Origin: a bacterium
GTDB taxonomy: Bacteria; Arandabacterota; Arandabacteria; Arandabacterales; JALGWA01
DNA: 10,012 nt
Direction: 5' to 3'
Assembly (NCBI GenBank): GCA_050125095.1
Contig: JASFEA010000118.1
Location: 1 to 10,012, forward strand
Below are positions 7,359 through 10,012 of this stretch, one piece after another. How positions within the stretch are numbered: the first letter of the stretch is position 1; each line of letters begins with the position of its first letter. Both the position numbers and the translations under genes were made by a program. A model generated the notes under the pieces. That model saw only the letters and a program-made list of their open reading frames with translations. It had not been told where the DNA came from and searched no databases.

Positions 7359-7979
7359 ATGGCTGAAAATGGGAGGAATACGGGACATGGCGGCATCGCG
7401 AAGAGGGGCAGGGTTCTCGCCGTGCTGGGAAGCCCGAGGCGGGACGGCAACAGCGACGTGCTCGCAGCCGAGTTCCTGAGGGGCGCGGCGGCGGCCGGCT
7501 ATGAACCCGCCTACATCATCCCGACCGACCTCGGTATGAGCCCGTGCGACGGCATGAACCAGTGCTTCAAGACGGGCAAATGCGTGATCCTAGACGGCAT
7601 GAATGAGGCCTATGAGGAAGTCCTCGGGGCCACCCACATTCTCATCGCGACGCCGGTCTATTTCATGGGGCCTCCCGGCTCGCTCAAGTCTTTCATCGAC
7701 CGCTTCCAGGCAGTGTGGGCCAGGTTTGAAATTCTCGGCGAGCCCAAACCCGATGCGGCCGGGCGCAAGGGCTTCGCCATCGTTGTCGGCGCCACGCCCG
7801 GTGAGGGGAAGATGTACAGGCCGACCGTGAGCATCATAAAGGCCTTCCTCAACGTGACGGGCTTCACCTATGCCGGCGAGATCATAGCAACGGGGCTCGA
7901 CGAGAAGGTGGAAGCAGGGGAAAGGAAAGATCTCCTGGCCAGGGCCTTCGAGGCGGGCAGGGAATTCGTCACTCGATAA
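7359..7979 (+). CDS. Flavodoxin-fold NAD(P)H-dependent FMN reductase / iron-sulfur flavoprotein (Isf)-like protein
   Basis: FMN phosphate loop VLGSPRRDGNS, ATPVYFMG..G.LKSFIDR, and an Isf-like Cys cluster (PCDGMNQCFKTGKC). The start is uncertain (ATG 7350 or 7359). Stop TAA at 7977-7979. Confidence 0.88.
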   Translation: MAENGRNTGHGGIAKRGRVLAVLGSPRRDGNSDVLAAEFLRGAAAAGYEPAYIIPTDLGMSPCDGMNQCFKTGKCVILDGMNEAYEEVLGATHILIATPVYFMGPPGSLKSFIDRFQAVWARFEILGEPKPDAAGRKGFAIVVGATPGEGKMYRPTVSIIKAFLNVTGFTYAGEIIATGLDEKVEAGERKDLLARAFEAGREFVTR

Positions 7980-8976
7980 CGAAGTTGAGATCCTCACCGC
8001 ATGCTCTGCACTTCCGGCCGTCCATGCCCACATTGCGCGAGGCGAAACCCGCGCGCTCCACGGCCTTCTGACCGCAGCCCGGACAATACGTGTGCTCGAG
8101 GTCGCCCGCGGGCAGATTGCCCGGGTAGATGTACTTGAGCCCGGCCCTCTTCCCTATCTCGACTGCGCCCATGATGGTGCCGGCCGGCGTCCACTCCTTG
8201 CCGGTCTGCTTGTACTGCGGGTGAAAACGCGAGATATGCCACGGGATATCTGGCGATACCGACGCTATGAAACCGGCTATGCTCTCAATCTCATCTTCGC
8301 TGTCGTTCTCACCCGGGATGAGGAGCGTGGTCAACTCCAGGAATATCCCCGCCCCGTGCATCAGCTCTATGGCCTTGAGGACAGGCGCGAGCCTGGCCCC
8401 GCAACGATCCCTGTAGAAGTCATCGCTGAATGACTTGAGGTCGACATTGGCGGCGTCCACCACGCCCGTCATTCTCTCGACCGCTTCGGGCGTCTGGTAG
8501 CCGTTGGTGACGAAGACGTTCTTGAGCCCGGCCTCATGAGCAAGCACGCCGCAGTCATAGGCGAACTCGAAGAATATTGTGGGCTCGGTGTACGTATAGG
8601 CGATGCTCGAGCAACCGGTGGACCGGGCCTCGGCGACCACCGCCTGCGGCGTGAAGTCCTCGCCATAGATCTGCCCGCCCTCATGCGACATCTGGCTGAT
8701 CTGCCAGTTCTGGCAGAAGTCACAGAAGAAGTTGCAGCCGGCCGTGGCGATGGAGAAGCTGCCCGTGCCCGGCAGAAAATGATAGAGGGGTTTCTTCTCG
8801 ATGGGGTCGACGCCGTGGGCGATGAGCTTGCCGTAGACCAGCGAGTGGAGTTTTCCGCCCTGGTTAAGCCGCACTCCGCACTTTCCCCGGGCCCCGTCAC
8901 TCACCCTGCAGCGATGCGCGCAGAGATGGCATACGGCGTCCCCGTCCCTGATTTCATAGAGCATAGCTTCTTTCAT
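7969..8976 (-). CDS. amrS: AmmeMemoRadiSam system radical SAM enzyme (PFL-activating-enzyme-like)
   Basis: Radical SAM motif CNFFCDFC followed by QNW.ISQ. N-terminal CHLCAHRC..GKCGVR, DPIEKKPLYHF, AYTYTEP, NVDLK, HISRFHP, and C-terminal CPGC...CRAC. SD AGGAGG upstream of ATG 8976. Confidence 0.92.
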   Translation of the reverse strand: MKEAMLYEIRDGDAVCHLCAHRCRVSDGARGKCGVRLNQGGKLHSLVYGKLIAHGVDPIEKKPLYHFLPGTGSFSIATAGCNFFCDFCQNWQISQMSHEGGQIYGEDFTPQAVVAEARSTGCSSIAYTYTEPTIFFEFAYDCGVLAHEAGLKNVFVTNGYQTPEAVERMTGVVDAANVDLKSFSDDFYRDRCGARLAPVLKAIELMHGAGIFLELTTLLIPGENDSEDEIESIAGFIASVSPDIPWHISRFHPQYKQTGKEWTPAGTIMGAVEIGKRAGLKYIYPGNLPAGDLEHTYCPGCGQKAVERAGFASRNVGMDGRKCRACGEDLNFVIE

Positions 8977-8999
8977 CGTCCCCTCCTGCTCCTGCGACT

Positions 9000-9028
9000 A
9001 TGATATTGGCCCCGGCATCCAATGTAAA
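9000..9028 (-). promoter_or_regulatory. Putative sigma70 promoter for amrS
   Basis: Minus strand reads TTTACA-N17-TATCAT (-35 at 9023-9028, -10 at 9000-9005). Each box matches consensus at 5/6 with ideal spacing. Confidence 0.65.
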
Positions 9029-9043
9029 GAAGCGAGACCCGAG

Positions 9044-9071
9044 TTGACATAGCGCACGGGCCTGATAATAT
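9044..9071 (+). promoter_or_regulatory. Putative sigma70 promoter for the ferritin-like gene
   Basis: Perfect -35 TTGACA (9044-9049), 16-bp spacer, extended -10 TG-a-TAATAT (9063-9071). Confidence 0.7.
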
Positions 9072-9102
9072 GGGCGTGATTGCATAAAATAAGGAGGAAG
9101 AG

Positions 9103-9555
9103 ATGAGCGGAACGCCGACCGAAGAGATCATCAAGTTCGCAATAGAGAAGGAAATAGAGGCGGCAGCCTTTTATGAGAACCTCGCCGGCAAGGTGAAAAA
9201 CCCGGTTATGAAGGACGCTGTGCTCTCGATGGCCGATGAAGAACGTAAGCATCAGCGTATACTCTCCAACCTCACGCCCAAGCAGGTAAGCTCCTTCACC
9301 GAACCCGATATAGCCGACTTCAAGATAAGCGACTACATGGTTGAGCCCCCCGTGACCGAGGACATCAAGTACCCCGACCTTCTCGTGCTCGCCATGAAGC
9401 GGGAGGAGAAAGCGCATGATATGTACGCCGAGCTCGAAAAGCGCGCGGCCGACGACGCGACTCGCAAAGTTTTCGCGCTGCTTAAGACCGAGGAGCTCAA
9501 GCACAAGCGCAAGCTGGAGAGCGAGTACGAAGACCGTGTTCTGGAGGGCTATTGA
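9103..9555 (+). CDS. Ferritin-like / rubrerythrin-family di-iron protein lacking a rubredoxin domain
   Basis: SD AAGGAGG upstream. Two duplicated halves with di-iron ligands: AIEKEIEAAAFYENLA...EERKH and AMKREEKAHDMYAEL...EELKH. No cysteines. Confidence 0.88.
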   Translation: MSGTPTEEIIKFAIEKEIEAAAFYENLAGKVKNPVMKDAVLSMADEERKHQRILSNLTPKQVSSFTEPDIADFKISDYMVEPPVTEDIKYPDLLVLAMKREEKAHDMYAELEKRAADDATRKVFALLKTEELKHKRKLESEYEDRVLEGY

Positions 9556-9574
9556 GCATCCCATTCGGGGCGTG

Positions 9575-9750
9575 GGTGCGTGCTGAGACCCGCCCTTCCG
9601 ACGTCACCGGCGGATGAGCATTCTGAGATATGGCCTTCTGAGACCTGAGCATTCCGAGACCTGGCCTTCTGAGGCAATGGCGAATGTGCATACCTGGATC
9701 TGGGCCCTTCTGACCCCAGGCGATTGTGCATTTCAAGACCTGACCCCTTA
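9575..9750. repeat. Degenerate intergenic tandem repeat, ~5 units of 31-40 bp built from a 15-16 bp subunit
   Basis: Units start at 9575, 9615, 9646, 9685 and 9725, with consensus about TGWGCATTCNGAGACCTGGCCTTCTGA. The core subunit GCMTTCYGAGACMTG occurs four times in tandem at 9618-9679. Confidence 0.8.
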
Positions 9751-9776
9751 ACGTTCGCATAAAAGTGTGTTATAAT
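9748..9776 (+). promoter_or_regulatory. Strong sigma70-type promoter for the downstream secreted protein
   Basis: Perfect TATAAT at 9771-9776 preceded by a TGTG-n extended -10 element. TTAACG lies at 9748-9753 with a 17-bp spacer, in an AT-rich patch. Confidence 0.72.
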
Positions 9777-9848
9777 ATGCCTGGGTGATCGCATTACTCA
9801 GGCACTCGCCTGATGTCGGCCTTATACTCCTAGCGGAGGGCTGCACGC

Positions 9849-10012
9849 ATGTATCCAAGGAAGGGCATACCCTTGTTCCTAATAATGGCGCTGGCGGTGG
9901 GGCTGCCGGCTTTTTCAATGGTGGAAAACCGCTCCACGAGACCGCCTACACCGCCAACGCTCCAGTCATATCAACACATAATGTCTCCGCCATTGCTCTC
10001 GTCCGGGGGCGA
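9849..10012 (+). CDS. N-terminus of a probable secreted protein (runs off the window; not in the ORF track)
   Basis: SD GGAGG at 9835-9839 and ATG 9849. The frame is open to the end: MYPRKGIPLFLIMALAVGLPAFSMVENRSTRPPTPPTLQSYQHIMSPPLLSSGG. It has a basic n-region, a hydrophobic h-region and an A-F-S candidate cleavage site. Confidence 0.7.
   Translation, partial: MYPRKGIPLFLIMALAVGLPAFSMVENRSTRPPTPPTLQSYQHIMSPPLLSSGG

Noticed and set aside
7263-7388. 42-aa N-terminal extension of the S9 ORF given in the track
   Set aside because: It would overlap the divergent gene. ATG 7262 has a perfect SD and begins a signal peptide.
7372-7479. Out-of-frame ATG 7387 with GGAGG upstream, suggesting a frameshift at the start of the flavoprotein gene
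   Set aside because: The main frame is open from ATG 7350/7359, so no frameshift is needed. One extra G in the G-run near 7405 would join them, but this cannot be tested without reads.
9103-9555. Ferritin-like protein as encapsulin cargo
   Set aside because: No recognisable terminal cargo-loading peptide and no encapsulin gene in the window.
9575-9750. Repeat array as a CRISPR
   Set aside because: Repeats are too degenerate, the variable parts are only 4-13 nt and resemble each other, and there are no cas genes in the window.
9497-9794. Short minus-strand ORFs (87 and 81 aa) across the repeat region
   Set aside because: No SD or coding-like composition. They overlap the ferritin-like gene end, the repeat array and the + strand promoter region.
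9670-9835. Fluoride riboswitch (GGCAATGG, CTGATG and ACTCCTA fragments)
   Set aside because: The fragments are not in the required spacing, the P1/pseudoknot pairing cannot be built, and the downstream gene is not fluoride-related as far as visible.

Overview
GC-rich, gene-dense bacterial window with no rRNA, tRNA, CRISPR array or mobile element that I can support. On the + strand, a 5'-truncated fused transketolase is followed by a tightly packed cluster of four uncharacterised membrane proteins and a minimal HExxH zincin. The cluster comprises an FN3 + DUF6754-like protein, a ~6-TM protein, a 2-TM protein with a large soluble domain, and a ~6-TM protein with a threefold internal repeat. This unit converges on a secreted S9 peptidase. 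Next come an iron-sulfur-flavoprotein-like FMN reductase with an altered Cys motif, an orphan AmmeMemoRadiSam radical SAM gene (amrS), a ferritin/rubrerythrin-like di-iron protein, a ~175 bp degenerate nested tandem repeat, a strong sigma70-type promoter with an overlapping inverted repeat, and the start of a secreted protein. The best candidate for an undescribed system is the four-gene membrane cluster. Its two soluble-domain subunits look like distant paralogues with opposite membrane orientation, which suggests a pseudo-symmetric transporter or signalling complex, possibly for peptides. Family names are from my recognition of motifs, not from database searches.
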